From Longimicrobiales bacterium (GTDB lineage Bacteria > Gemmatimonadota > Gemmatimonadetes > Longimicrobiales > Gaopeijiaceae): a stretch of 64,000 nucleotides of DNA. The DNA is taken from NCBI GenBank assembly GCA_041690395.1, contig JAWLHJ010000002.1:324707-388706 (forward strand). Reading direction: 5' to 3'. Every line of letters starts with the position of its first letter. The stretch's first letter is position 1. A program made the position numbers and the translations under genes. The notes below the pieces were generated by a model, which saw nothing but the letters and a program-made list of their open reading frames with translations, was not told where the DNA came from and searched no databases. Below, piece by piece: positions 1 to 10,243 of the stretch.

Positions 1-89
1 GCCGCCCTGGCCGGGCGCGGTCTGGTCGTCCGCGCACGGGCATTGGCACTGACGCCCGGCGTCCATCTCCTCACACCACGGAGCAGTCC

Positions 90-443
90 ATGAACCTCCT
101 CCTCTCCTGGGCCATCCTCTCGCTCGCCATGTGGGTGACGGCCCAGATCCTCCCCGGTTTCCATCTGAAGTCCCTCGGGAGCGCCTTCGTGGTGGCCGCC
201 ATCTTCGGCATCCTGAACTTCTTCCTGGGGTGGCTCTTCTTCGTCGTCTTCGCCATCGGGACCCTCGGGATCGCGGTGCTGCTCGCCTTCATCACGCGCG
301 TCATCATCAACGCCATCCTGCTCAAGATCACCGATGCGGTCAGCGACGCGCTGAAGATCGACAGCTTCGGGTGGGCGCTCGGCGGGGCGCTCATGATGTC
401 GGTCATCGGGACGTTGGGTGAATGGCTCGTGCGGGGGCTCTGA
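90..443 (+). CDS. Phage holin family (YvlD-like, 4-TM) membrane protein
   Basis: 117 aa with four hydrophobic segments; LPGF...A(F)VVA..FGILN and VIINAILL..T...L.IDSFGWAL patterns typical of YvlD/holin-4; GGAG RBS upstream. Confidence 0.8.
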   Translation: MNLLLSWAILSLAMWVTAQILPGFHLKSLGSAFVVAAIFGILNFFLGWLFFVVFAIGTLGIAVLLAFITRVIINAILLKITDAVSDALKIDSFGWALGGALMMSVIGTLGEWLVRGL

Positions 444-472
444 ACCGACCGGGCGAGCCGGCGTTCGGGCCG

Positions 473-499
473 TGTCGATTTCGGCCCCTCCCGATCGAC
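473..499 (+). promoter_or_regulatory. Putative ECF42 sigma-dependent promoter
   Basis: TGTCGA (473-478), 17-nt spacer, CGAC (496-499); matches the described ECF42 consensus TGTCGA / CG(A/T)C and lies upstream of an operon encoding an ECF42 sigma. Confidence 0.7.
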
Positions 500-550
500 T
501 GACTGGGTGAAGCACCCGAACATCAGCCACCCAGATCCATCGGAGGACCC

Positions 551-2977
551 GTGCGGTACGCGCTTCGCTCGCTCTCCCGGTCGCCGGGATTCGCCGCGCT
601 CGTCGTGGTCACGCTCGCGCTCGGCATCGGCGCCAACACGGCCGTATTCAGCGTGCTTCGCGGCGTCCTGCTCCGCCCCCTGCCCCACGAGGACGGGGAG
701 CGGCTCATGTACCTCCGCCAGTCGGCCGAGCTAGCCGGGCTCGACAATGCGCTGTTCAGCGTGCCGGAGATCGTCGACTACCGGGAGGCTGCGACCACGC
801 TGACCGGCTTCGCCGAGTTCTCCGCGATGCCGTTCAACATGCTCGGCGGGGAGCGGCCGGTGGAGGTCCAGGCGGGCATCGTGACCGGCAACTACTTCGA
901 GGTCATGGGGCTCGACGCGGTGCTCGGCCGGGCGCTCAACGCCGGTGACGACGGCCCGGCCGCCGATCCGGTCATGATGCTCACCTGGGACTACTGGCAC
1001 TCCGCGTTCGGGGGAGATCCAAGGGTGATCGGTCAGGTGCTCCGCATCAACGGTCGGTCCGCTGCGATCGTGGGTGTGGCCGAGCCCGCCCCGCCCTTCC
1101 CCGGCGAGATAGACATCCTCGTGAACATGGTCACGAGCCCGCACCACCTCGACGCGACCATGGTGCACGGCCGGAGCCACCGGATGACCGAGGTCTTCGC
1201 CCGGCTGGCCCCCGGAGCGAGCCTCGAGCAGGCACGCTCGGAGCTCGACGCCCTCACGGAGCGGGTCCACGGAGACCACCCCGACGCCTACGACCCGGCG
1301 GCGGGATACCGGATCTCCATCACCCCCCTCCAGGAGGCGCTCACGGCCGAGGCTCGCCAGACGCTCATCCTCCTCATGGCGACCGCTGCGCTCGTGCTGC
1401 TCATCACCTGCGCGAACGTCGGCAACCTGGTGCTCGGGCGCTTCCTGGAGCGTGAGCGCGAGATCATGATGCGATGGGCGCTCGGAGCCGGTCGCGCGCG
1501 GCTCCGCTGGCTCATGCTGGGCGAGACCGCCGTGCTGGCCCTGGCCGGCGCGGGGCTCGGCCTCCTGCTCGCGTACGGCGGCCTCGACCTCCTGGTGCGC
1601 TTCGCGGAGCGCTTCACCCCGAGGGCGAGCGAGATCTCCATCGACGGGGGCGTCCTCCTGTTCACGTTGATCGTGGCCGCCGGCTCCGCCGTCGTCTTCG
1701 CGCTCATGCCCACCCTCCGATCGCCCGAAGGCGCGGGGATGTCCCTCCTTCGTACAGGGACGCGGGCATCGGGCTCCGGCCAGCGCATGCAGCGGGGGCT
1801 GATCGTCGCGCAGGTGGCCGCCGCCTTCACGATCCTCGCGGCAGGAGGACTCCTCGGCCGTACCCTCGTCAGCCTGAACGCGGTGGAGACCGGCGTCGAC
1901 ACATCGAACACCCTCACGCTGGAGGTGCCGGCCGAGCAGGATGGCCGCTCCGCCGACGAGACACTCCGTCTACAGGAGGAGATGCGCGCGCGCATCGCGG
2001 GGCTACCGGGCGTGCAGGCGGTCGGCGTCGGCATGAACGTGCCGCTCCGCGGGTCGGGGATCATGCTCGAGATCCGAGCCGAGGGACGCCCCCCCGAGCC
2101 GGGACAGCCGGCGCCGATGGCGGAGTATCGTGCGGCCACGCCCGACTACTTCGACGCCGCCGGCATGCGCGTGCTGTCGGGGCGCGGCTTCGAGGACACG
2201 GACGTGAGCGACGGTGCCCCCGTGGCGATCCTCAACGAGTCCCTCTCCCGTCGGCTCTTCGGGGACGACGATCCGATCGGGCAGCGTGTGGCGTGGACGG
2301 GCGACGTGCTCCAGTTCATCGGGATGTCCGGGGGATGGATGACGGTCGTGGGCGTGGTCAACGACACGCGCGACCGGGGCCCCGACGAGGCCCCTCCCCC
2401 CGCGCTCTACCACCCGTTGACGCAGAACGAGCTCGGCTTTTTCCCCGGTGCGTTCGTGGTGCGGGGAGCGCAGGCCGCGTCCCTCGCGCCGGCCGCCGAG
2501 CGGATCGTGCGCGAGCTGGCTCCGGACAACCCGGTCGAGCGGGTGGCCACCCTCGAGCAGATCCGCGAAGAGACGGTCGCCTCGCAGCGTCTGAACGCTT
2601 ACCTGGTCGGCATCTTCGGGCTGCTGGCGCTGGTGGTCGCGGCGGTCGGCATCGCGGGGGTCCTCGCCTTCTTCGTCGCGCAAAGGACGACGGAGATCGG
2701 CATCCGCATGAGTCTCGGCGCCGGACGGAGGCGCGTGCTCCGCATGGTGCTTTCCGACGGGGGGCGCCTGCTCGCCTGGGGCGTGGGTCTGGGCGTGGTT
2801 CTGTCGCTCGGTGCGGCGCGCCTCCTGGACGGCCTCCTGTTCGGGGTCTCCCCGAGCGACCCGTACACCATGATGCTCGTCACCCTCGTCATGGTGGGCG
2901 TCGGGCTCGCCGCCTGCGCGGTCCCGGCACGGCGGGCGGCCAGCGTCGATCCGCTGGTGGCCATGCGCGAGGAGTGA
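551..2977 (+). CDS. ADOP-type duplicated ABC transporter permease (MacB_PCD/FtsX x2)
   Basis: RYALRSL.RSPGF...TLALGIGANTAVFSV start, LLITCANVGNL, RTTEIGIRMSLGA, PARRAASVDPLVAMREE end; GTG start after GGAGGA. Confidence 0.9.
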   Translation: MRYALRSLSRSPGFAALVVVTLALGIGANTAVFSVLRGVLLRPLPHEDGERLMYLRQSAELAGLDNALFSVPEIVDYREAATTLTGFAEFSAMPFNMLGGERPVEVQAGIVTGNYFEVMGLDAVLGRALNAGDDGPAADPVMMLTWDYWHSAFGGDPRVIGQVLRINGRSAAIVGVAEPAPPFPGEIDILVNMVTSPHHLDATMVHGRSHRMTEVFARLAPGASLEQARSELDALTERVHGDHPDAYDPAAGYRISITPLQEALTAEARQTLILLMATAALVLLITCANVGNLVLGRFLEREREIMMRWALGAGRARLRWLMLGETAVLALAGAGLGLLLAYGGLDLLVRFAERFTPRASEISIDGGVLLFTLIVAAGSAVVFALMPTLRSPEGAGMSLLRTGTRASGSGQRMQRGLIVAQVAAAFTILAAGGLLGRTLVSLNAVETGVDTSNTLTLEVPAEQDGRSADETLRLQEEMRARIAGLPGVQAVGVGMNVPLRGSGIMLEIRAEGRPPEPGQPAPMAEYRAATPDYFDAAGMRVLSGRGFEDTDVSDGAPVAILNESLSRRLFGDDDPIGQRVAWTGDVLQFIGMSGGWMTVVGVVNDTRDRGPDEAPPPALYHPLTQNELGFFPGAFVVRGAQAASLAPAAERIVRELAPDNPVERVATLEQIREETVASQRLNAYLVGIFGLLALVVAAVGIAGVLAFFVAQRTTEIGIRMSLGAGRRRVLRMVLSDGGRLLAWGVGLGVVLSLGAARLLDGLLFGVSPSDPYTMMLVTLVMVGVGLAACAVPARRAASVDPLVAMREE

Positions 2978-3020
2978 CCGTGCGCGATCGCAACGCACTC
3001 TCGAACCCGATGAGGCACCG

Positions 3021-3401
3021 ATGAAGTATCTCCTGCTGGTATACGCCAACGAACCCGACCTCGCGGACGTCGAGGACGCCCATTGCGTCGCCTTCGACTC
3101 GGAGATCCGCGAGAGCGGACACTGCCTGACGTCCGAAGCGCTCGAGCCCGTCGCCACCGCGACCACCGTGCGCGTGCGTGACGGGCGGACGTCGGTCGTC
3201 GACGGCCCGTTCGCCGAGACCAAGGAACAGCTCGCGGGCTTCTACATGGTGGAGGCGCGCGACCTGAACGAGGCCATCCGTATCGCATCGCGGATCCCAC
3301 CCGCGCGGGTCGGCAGCGTGGAGGTTCGCCCCATCCGGCCCATCCGCGAGGACGTGGCGCGGGCCGCTCGGGAGGCGGGATCGGCCACCCGATCGGCGTG
3401 A
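3021..3401 (+). CDS. YciI-related DGPF-domain protein
   Basis: MKYLLLVY...DGPFAETKEQLAGFY...VEVRP. Confidence 0.92.
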   Translation: MKYLLLVYANEPDLADVEDAHCVAFDSEIRESGHCLTSEALEPVATATTVRVRDGRTSVVDGPFAETKEQLAGFYMVEARDLNEAIRIASRIPPARVGSVEVRPIRPIREDVARAAREAGSATRSA

Positions 3402-3447
3402 TCGGCCAGCGAATCGGCGCGCCGGATCAGCGCGCCATGCCCCTCCG

Positions 3448-4737
3448 GTGACGTCCGGCGGCTCAGGGGAAGCGCGCGGCGCCGTCGACGAAGTCTATCG
3501 GTCGGAATCCCGCCGGATCCTCGCGACGCTGATCCGCCTCCTCGGCGACTTCGACCTCGCCGAGGAGGCGATGCACGATGCGTTCACAGCAGCCGTGGAG
3601 CAGTGGCCGCGAGACGGGGTGCCGCGCAATCCGAGGGCATGGCTTGTCTCTACCGCGCGCTTCAAGGGGATCGACAAGGTCCGTCGCCGGTCGCGCCACG
3701 ACCGTTCGCTGGAGGCCATCGCGGTGGAGCTCGACCGCGTCACCGAGCCCGCATGGACCGGAGACGACCTGGAGGACGACCGTCTACGCCTGGTGTTCAC
3801 CTGTTGTCATCCGGCCATCGCGGAGGAGGCGCGCATCGCCCTCACCCTGCGCGAGGTCTGCGGCCTCACCACCGAGGAGATCGCGCGCGCCTTCCTGACC
3901 GCCACGCCGACGCTGGCCCAGCGCATCGTACGCGCGAAGGCCAAGATCCGGGACGCCCGCATCCCCTACGAGATCCCCGAGCGGAACGAGCTCTCCGATC
4001 GCCTCGACGCCGTCCTCCGGGTCGTGTACCTGGTGTTCAACGAGGGATACTCGGCCTCGTCGGGCGAGACGCTCACCCGGCCCGACCTCTCCGGCGAAGC
4101 CATCCGTCTGGGGCGCCTGCTGGTGGAGCTCCTCCCCGAGCCCGAGACGATGGGGCTCCTGGCGCTCATGTTGCTGCACGAAGCGCGTCGCCGCGCCCGG
4201 ACGACGGAGGCGGGCGACATCGTCCTGCTGGAGGATCAGGACCGCTCGCTCTGGGACCGGGACGCGATCGCCGAAGGCACGGAGCTGGTGGAGCGCGCCC
4301 TACGTGGCCGCCGGTTCGGCCCCTACGCGTTGCAGGCGGCGATCGTGGCCGTACACGCGGAGGCGCCTACCGCCGAGGCGACGGATTGGCCCCAGATCGT
4401 CGCCCTCTACGACGTGCTTCGGCGCATGGACCCCTCACCGGTGGTGGAGCTGAACCGCGCCGTGGCGCTGGCCATGCGGGACGGTCCCGAAGTGGGGCTG
4501 GACGTCGTCGAGGAGCTCCTGCGGGGCGGCGACCTCGATGGCTATCAGCCGGCGCATGCCGCCCGCGCGGAGCTCGCGCGGAGGGCCGGCAGATCGGACG
4601 ACGCACGGGATGCGTACCGGCGAGCCATCGAGCTCAGTCGGCTGGAGCCGGAGCGTCGGCTGCTCGAGCGGCGGATGGAGGAGCTCGAGCAGCCGGACCC
4701 GACCGAGGCCAGGCGCCGGATGGACGCTACGGGCTGA
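3448..4737 (+). CDS. ECF42-group RNA polymerase sigma factor with C-terminal TPR-like extension
   Basis: DFDLAEEA, DDRLRLVFTCCHPA, VYLVFNEGY, L.DQDRSLWD, GPYALQAAI, SPVVELNRAVA; directly follows a DGPF gene. Confidence 0.92.
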   Translation: MTSGGSGEARGAVDEVYRSESRRILATLIRLLGDFDLAEEAMHDAFTAAVEQWPRDGVPRNPRAWLVSTARFKGIDKVRRRSRHDRSLEAIAVELDRVTEPAWTGDDLEDDRLRLVFTCCHPAIAEEARIALTLREVCGLTTEEIARAFLTATPTLAQRIVRAKAKIRDARIPYEIPERNELSDRLDAVLRVVYLVFNEGYSASSGETLTRPDLSGEAIRLGRLLVELLPEPETMGLLALMLLHEARRRARTTEAGDIVLLEDQDRSLWDRDAIAEGTELVERALRGRRFGPYALQAAIVAVHAEAPTAEATDWPQIVALYDVLRRMDPSPVVELNRAVALAMRDGPEVGLDVVEELLRGGDLDGYQPAHAARAELARRAGRSDDARDAYRRAIELSRLEPERRLLERRMEELEQPDPTEARRRMDATG

Positions 4738-6466
4738 CTCCGGACCCTTCGCCGAGCCGCGCTTCGGCCCGCTCGCGCAGCCGCTTCTTGAGCCGGTCGA
4801 TCTCGGCCCCTGTCCATCCCTGCGGATCCGTCACGGCCCGCCACGCGTGGACGTAGTGCTCCGGAGCGTAGGCGTGGCCGTATCCCAGCGGCGACTGGTC
4901 CGCGGCCATCATGTCCACGGCCAGCTGGAGCATCGTCACCACGGGATACCACCTGAGCTCCGGCGATACGTCCGGACCGCGAGGTCCGCTCATCCACTCG
5001 GGCTCCCGGTAGAGTGCCTGCTGCTCGAAGAAGGTGATGGGATCGCTCGCGTACTGGAGATAGGCGATGCGAACCGCACCCCAATGTGCGCCAGGTATCG
5101 CGAGCGCCTCCTCCTGATTGGTGAAGCGGACGACGGAGCCGTCCCGGAAGCGCGGCAGCCACGCGGGTGAGCCGGGCTCCCGCTCGTCCGTCCGCGAGCG
5201 CCAGGTCGTGCTCCGGAACGGTGGACCACTCCAGAGCGCGCCCGAGAATGGGTCGGAGATGAAGTCGTAGAAGTCCGCGGAGCGCTCGGAGTTGAGCGCG
5301 CCGAGACTCAAGCCGTGCAGGTAGAGCTCGGGGCGCCGGTCGTTGGGGAGCTCCGTCCAATATCCGTAGATCTCCGAGAAGACCGCCCTCGCCGTCTCGA
5401 CCCCGTACTCCGCCTCCGCCAGGAGAGACAGCCAGCTCGGCAGGTATGAGTACTGGACCGCCACCGTCGCGACGTCGCCCCCGTGCAGATACTCGAGCGC
5501 GTCCATGGCGCTCGGATCGATCCAGCCCGTTCCCGTCGGAGTAGCGATGACGAGGACCGACCGGTCGAAGGCGTCCACCCGCCGGAGCTCGTCGAGAGCC
5601 AGGCGGGCCCGCGCTTCGATCGACTCGGCCGAGTTGAGCCCGACGTATACACGAATCGGGGTGCGCACCTCCGCCTGGAGCGTGTCGGGGACGGAAGCAC
5701 TCAGCTCCCGTGCGTCGCCACCCATCGACACGAACTCCCTGCCCCGACGCCCCAGGTCGTCCCAGGCGATCAACGACGCAGCGCTGCCGGTGCGGGACGG
5801 GGCCTCCGGCGGATCCACGTCCTGATCGATCAGGGCATCGAGCTGCTGAAAGGACGCATCCAATCCGCGGATGAAGCGCTCGAAGAAGACGCCGTTGACG
5901 ACCGACCAGAAGAGCAGGACGGCGAGAAGGCCGCCCGCCATGTTCGCGACGCGCCTGGGCAGAAAGCGGTCCAGGCGCCGTTGGATGATCCGGAACGTGA
6001 GCCGGAACAGCCGACCGAACCCGAGCAGCGCGACGCCCACGACCGTCGCGATCGCGCCGACCCGGAACGGATGCGCGCTGTCCACCGGCTCGAGCTCCAT
6101 GAGACCGTGGATGGAGTTCTGCCACTCAGCCGCCGTGCGAAGGAAGAGCAGCGCCGTCGCGATGCTGAAGGCGGCCGCCCCGAGCGTGACCACCCGTTGC
6201 GCCTTTGGTCGCGGAACCGGAAGCTCCAGGTATCCCCAGGCGGACCGTGCGAGCACGCCGAGTCCGTACCCCGCGGCGAGCGAGACACCCGAGAGCACAC
6301 CCTGCATGCCCCAGGTTCGGGGGAGCAGGCTGGGCGTCAGCGAGGCCGCGAAGAAGAGCGTCGCGAGGAGCAGCCCGGGCGTGGACAGCGTGGCGACGAA
6401 TCGGGCGGTCCAGTCGGACACGAGCGCGCGGACGCGATCCGCGGGCCCCCGGACGTGACGGATCAA
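4727..6466 (-). CDS. Membrane alpha/beta-hydrolase family protein (Abhydrolase_9 / DUF2319-like)
   Basis: N-terminal TM region with SLTPSLLPR; PIRVYVGL, TPTGTGWID, QYSYLPSW, GLSLGA nucleophile elbow, SDPI, GYGH; start codon uncertain. Confidence 0.85.
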   Translation of the reverse strand: MIRHVRGPADRVRALVSDWTARFVATLSTPGLLLATLFFAASLTPSLLPRTWGMQGVLSGVSLAAGYGLGVLARSAWGYLELPVPRPKAQRVVTLGAAAFSIATALLFLRTAAEWQNSIHGLMELEPVDSAHPFRVGAIATVVGVALLGFGRLFRLTFRIIQRRLDRFLPRRVANMAGGLLAVLLFWSVVNGVFFERFIRGLDASFQQLDALIDQDVDPPEAPSRTGSAASLIAWDDLGRRGREFVSMGGDARELSASVPDTLQAEVRTPIRVYVGLNSAESIEARARLALDELRRVDAFDRSVLVIATPTGTGWIDPSAMDALEYLHGGDVATVAVQYSYLPSWLSLLAEAEYGVETARAVFSEIYGYWTELPNDRRPELYLHGLSLGALNSERSADFYDFISDPFSGALWSGPPFRSTTWRSRTDEREPGSPAWLPRFRDGSVVRFTNQEEALAIPGAHWGAVRIAYLQYASDPITFFEQQALYREPEWMSGPRGPDVSPELRWYPVVTMLQLAVDMMAADQSPLGYGHAYAPEHYVHAWRAVTDPQGWTGAEIDRLKKRLRERAEARLGEGSGVSP

Positions 6467-6575
6467 CGGAAGGTGCGGATCAGGCGAGCGGGTGGCAGGT
6501 CTGCATGGATGAAAGGTAGATTCCCACCGAGCCCGGCGACAAACCCGCGATCACCCTCACCCCGAGTGGCCGAGC

Positions 6576-7127
6576 GTGACCAACTTCCTGCTGCTTCTCG
6601 CCCTCGCGGCCCTGGCCTGGGTCGTGTTCTCCTTCAACCGCCTCGTTCGCCTGCGCAACCAGGTGCGATCGGCGTGGGCCGACATCGACGTCCAGCTCAC
6701 GCGCCGGCACGACCTCGTGCCGCAGCTCGTCACCGCCGTCAAGGCCTACGCCGGGCACGAGAGGGCGACCCTGGAAGCCGTCACGGAGCTGAGGGCACGT
6801 GCCGAGGCCGCCGAGGGCCCGGCACGTCTCGGGGAGGTGGAGTCGGAGCTGGAGCGAGCGATCTCCCGGCTCTTCGCTCTCCGCGAGGCGTACCCGGACC
6901 TGAAGGCCAGTGACAACTTCATGGAGCTGCAGCGCGACCTCGTCGACGTCGAGGACCATCTCCAGTTCGCCAGGAGGTTCTACAACGGAGCCGTGCGCGA
7001 CCTGAACACCGCGATCCAGCGCTTTCCGGATCTGGTCGTGGCCCGAGCCTTCCGGTTCCGCGAGGCCGAGTTCTTCCAGGCGAAAGACGAAGCGGGCACG
7101 GCGACGCGCGTGGATCTGGCGCCGTGA
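6576..7127 (+). CDS. lemA: LemA family protein
   Basis: N-terminal TM; FNRLV.LRN.V..AWADIDVQL.RRHDLVPQLV, EAYPDLKA, RRFYNGAV..LN. Confidence 0.93.
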   Translation: MTNFLLLLALAALAWVVFSFNRLVRLRNQVRSAWADIDVQLTRRHDLVPQLVTAVKAYAGHERATLEAVTELRARAEAAEGPARLGEVESELERAISRLFALREAYPDLKASDNFMELQRDLVDVEDHLQFARRFYNGAVRDLNTAIQRFPDLVVARAFRFREAEFFQAKDEAGTATRVDLAP

Positions 7128-8971
7128 GGGCGGTCGGGAGGGGTCGGTCCGGGCCCACGGCCGCGCCGTGCCGGCCGCGGCCGGCCGCCACGGTTCGCTC
7201 GCGGACCCCTGTCTTCCGGTGGGTCCTGCTCGTCGTGACGATCGTGGCCGGCGTGGCGGTCGCTCCTCGGGCCGGCCTCGCGCAGGAGCGGATCCTCGCG
7301 TACGACAGCGAGGTGCTCGTCAACGAGGACGGAAGCCTCGACGTCACCGAGCGGATCACGGTCCGCGCCGAGGGGAGTCAGATACGGCGGGGGATCTACC
7401 GCGACTTCCCGACACGGTATCGCGACCGCTACGGGAACCGGGTGAGGGTAGACTTCGAGGTCGTGTCGGTGGAACGGAACGGCGAGCCCGAGCCGTGGTT
7501 CACCGAGCGCATCTCCAACGGGGTCCGCGTGAACACGGGGAACGACGACTTCCTGCCGGTGCCCGCCGAGCACACGTTCACGCTCCGCTTTCGGACCACC
7601 CGCCAGCTCGGCTTCTTCGAAGAGCACGACGAGTTGTACTGGAACGCGATCGGCACGGGATGGGTGTTTCCGATCGAGCGCGGCTCGGTCGAGGTTCGCC
7701 TTCCCGAGGATGTGCCCGTCGAGCGCATGACCGCAGAAGGTTACACCGGGCCGCAGGGTGCCCAGGACCAGGGGTACCGGGCCGATCTGACCGCGCCGGG
7801 CGTCGCACGATACACGCTGACGGAGCCGCTCGCCCCGCGGGAGGGCCTCACGATCGTGCTGACCTTCCCCAAGGGCATCGTCGACGAGCCCACGGCGACC
7901 GAGCGCGCCGGGTGGCTCCTGGCAGACAACGTGGGCGTGCTCGTCGCGCTCATCGGTCTCGCGGGCCTGCTCTTCTACTGTGTCCGTCGTTGGCAGGCGG
8001 TCGGGCGCGACCCGCGCAAGGGCGTCGTCATCCCGAGGTACTTCGTGCCGGAAGGACACGGGCCTGGCGGGCTCCGTTACCTGCGCGACATGGGCTACGA
8101 TCCTCGCTGCTTCTCTAGCGACGTCCTGGCTCTCGCGGTCTCCGGCCAGCTCCGCATCCACTGCGACGACCGGTTCCTCCTCAAGGACCAATGGTCGTTG
8201 GAGCGGGTCGGGCCGGCGGGCGACCCGACCGGTGGAGCCGCGGAAATCACGACGTCGCAGCGCGTCCTCCTGGACCGGATTTTCTCGGGCGGCGAGCACA
8301 CCATGGATCTGAAGTCGGCCAACGCCAAGACGTTGTCCGCGGCCCGCTCGGCACACCAGCAGGTGCTCGACGCGGCGTATCACGGCGCATACTTCAAGCG
8401 CAACGGCGGTAGCATCGCCATCGCCGCGCTGGTGGCCGTCGGCGCGGTCATGCTCGCGTTCTTCGTGTCGGGCGGTAATGGCCATCCGGCGATCCTCGCG
8501 GTGGCCGCGCTCATGCTCGGCACGGTGATCGTGTTCGCCAGGCTCGTCCGCGCCCCGACGCCCGAGGGCCGCAAGCTCCTGGACGAGATCGAGGGGCTCG
8601 TGCTCTACCTGAGCGTGGCCGAACGGGACGAGCTGGCGCGCATGCGGGCACCCGGAGACGCCCCTCGGCTCGACGCGCAGCGGTACGAGGCCCTGCTGCC
8701 CTACGCGGTGGCGCTCGAGGTCGAGGACGCGTGGACCGAGAAGTTCACAGCCGCGGTCGGCGTGGCTGCCGCGGCCGAGGCGGCCCGTCGCATCTCGTGG
8801 TACCGCGGCGACGGGCCGGTGTCGAACCTGGGAGACCTCAGCCGCTCGGTGGGCTCGAGCCTGAGCACGCAAATCGCTTCTTCGTCCACGCCGCCGGGGA
8901 GCAGTTCGGGATCCGGCGGAGGTGGGTCCTCGGGTGGAGGCGGTGGAGGCGGCGGTGGAGGAGGCCGGTAG
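7124..8971 (+). CDS. DUF2207 domain membrane protein
   Basis: DGSLDVTERI, RRGIYRDFPT, DELYWNAIG, LPYAVAL, Gly/Ser-rich C-terminus; overlaps lemA stop (GTGA); true start may be downstream. Confidence 0.88.
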   Translation: MRAVGRGRSGPTAAPCRPRPAATVRSRTPVFRWVLLVVTIVAGVAVAPRAGLAQERILAYDSEVLVNEDGSLDVTERITVRAEGSQIRRGIYRDFPTRYRDRYGNRVRVDFEVVSVERNGEPEPWFTERISNGVRVNTGNDDFLPVPAEHTFTLRFRTTRQLGFFEEHDELYWNAIGTGWVFPIERGSVEVRLPEDVPVERMTAEGYTGPQGAQDQGYRADLTAPGVARYTLTEPLAPREGLTIVLTFPKGIVDEPTATERAGWLLADNVGVLVALIGLAGLLFYCVRRWQAVGRDPRKGVVIPRYFVPEGHGPGGLRYLRDMGYDPRCFSSDVLALAVSGQLRIHCDDRFLLKDQWSLERVGPAGDPTGGAAEITTSQRVLLDRIFSGGEHTMDLKSANAKTLSAARSAHQQVLDAAYHGAYFKRNGGSIAIAALVAVGAVMLAFFVSGGNGHPAILAVAALMLGTVIVFARLVRAPTPEGRKLLDEIEGLVLYLSVAERDELARMRAPGDAPRLDAQRYEALLPYAVALEVEDAWTEKFTAAVGVAAAAEAARRISWYRGDGPVSNLGDLSRSVGSSLSTQIASSSTPPGSSSGSGGGGSSGGGGGGGGGGGR

Positions 8972-8972
8972 C

Positions 8973-10238
8973 GTGCGACGCTTCGACGATCCGTTCCTGA
9001 TTCTGGACCACACACGTGTGGTCGAACGCTTCCTCGAGTACGTGCGGGTCGACACCGAGTCCGACGAGTCCTCCGACACGTGCCCGAGCACGCCGGGACA
9101 GCTCGAGCTCGGCCGGCGGCTCGTGGCGGAGCTCACCGAGCTCGGCCTTCGCGGCGTGGACGAGCCGGCGCCTTCGATGGACGAGAACGGCTACGTGCTG
9201 GCGGAGCTGCCCGGAACGCGGCCCGGCCGGGTGGGCTTCTCGGCCCATCTCGACACCGCGCCCCAGTTCACCGGAGCGGGCGTCTCACCCCGTATCGTGG
9301 AGGACTACGACGGCGGCCCCATCGAGATCGGCAACGGTGTGACCCTCGACCCCGCCGACTCGCCCGAGCTCCGCGCGTGCATCGGGGACACGCTCATCAC
9401 CACGGACGGAACCACGCTGCTCGGGGCGGACGACAAGGCGGGCATCGCCGCCATCATGGGCACACTCGAGATGCTGACGCGGCATCCCGAGATCGACCGC
9501 CCTGCCGTGCGTGTCTGCTTCACGCCCGACGAGGAGATCGGGCGTCCCGCCGACCGGTTCCCGCTCGAGCGCTTCGACTGCCCGTTCGCCTTCACCATCG
9601 ACGGGAGCTTCTCCGGCGAGATCAACGTGGAGACGTTCTCCGCCGACCGCGCGGTCGTGACGCTCAGGGGCGTCTCCGTGCACCCCGGAAGGGCCAAGGG
9701 GAAACTGGTGAACGCGCTGACGTGGGCCGGAAAGCTGCTGGCCCGTCTTCCCATGGCCGAGTCGCCCGAGTGCACGGACGGCCGGGAAGGCTTCTTCCAC
9801 CCGGTCTCCGTCTCGGGCGACAGCGCGTCGTGCAGCATCGAGCTCATCCTGCGGGATTTCGACACGGACATGCTCGAAGAACGGGGTCGGCGCGTCCGCA
9901 GGATGTGCGCCGGGCTGGTCGCCGAGGAACCCCGGCTCCGAGCGGAAGTCGAGATCCACGAGCAGTACCGGAACATGTACGACGTCCTGCGGGATCATCC
10001 ACGGGTGACCCGGCTTCTGGAGCGCGCTGTCGAGGCGGCCGGCATCACGCCGGATCTGAAACCCATCCGCGGCGGCACGGACGGCTCCCGGCTCACCGCC
10101 ATGGGGATGCCCACACCGAACATCTTCGCCGGGGGCGTCGACTTCCACGGGCCGCAGGAGTGGATCTCGACCCGCGTGCTGGCCCAGTCCGTGTGCACGA
10201 TCCTCAACCTCGTTCAGCTCTGGGACGTCGAGGAATAG
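8973..10238 (+). CDS. pepT: Peptidase T (M20 tripeptide aminopeptidase)
   Basis: AHLDT, TDGTTLLGADDKAG, FTPDEEIG, HPG.AKGK, IRGGTDG, FHGPQE; GTG at 8973 after GGAGGAGG. Confidence 0.92.
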   Translation: MRRFDDPFLILDHTRVVERFLEYVRVDTESDESSDTCPSTPGQLELGRRLVAELTELGLRGVDEPAPSMDENGYVLAELPGTRPGRVGFSAHLDTAPQFTGAGVSPRIVEDYDGGPIEIGNGVTLDPADSPELRACIGDTLITTDGTTLLGADDKAGIAAIMGTLEMLTRHPEIDRPAVRVCFTPDEEIGRPADRFPLERFDCPFAFTIDGSFSGEINVETFSADRAVVTLRGVSVHPGRAKGKLVNALTWAGKLLARLPMAESPECTDGREGFFHPVSVSGDSASCSIELILRDFDTDMLEERGRRVRRMCAGLVAEEPRLRAEVEIHEQYRNMYDVLRDHPRVTRLLERAVEAAGITPDLKPIRGGTDGSRLTAMGMPTPNIFAGGVDFHGPQEWISTRVLAQSVCTILNLVQLWDVEE

Positions 10239-10243
10239 TCGGA

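Noticed and set aside
90..443. Holin as evidence of a prophage
   Set aside because: YvlD-like proteins are common chromosomal membrane proteins, and no phage genes are present in the window.
3379..3436. Repeated ATCGGC/ATCAGC units between the DGPF and sigma genes
   Set aside because: Short, irregularly spaced and degenerate; not an array.
8890..8971. GGN repeat tract
   Set aside because: Encodes the normal Gly/Ser tail of DUF2207 proteins.
9080..10243. Apparent 388-aa N-terminal extension of the SRAP protein
   Set aside because: Arg/Pro-rich alternative frame over pepT; SRAP needs Cys at position 2, which fixes the start at 10244.
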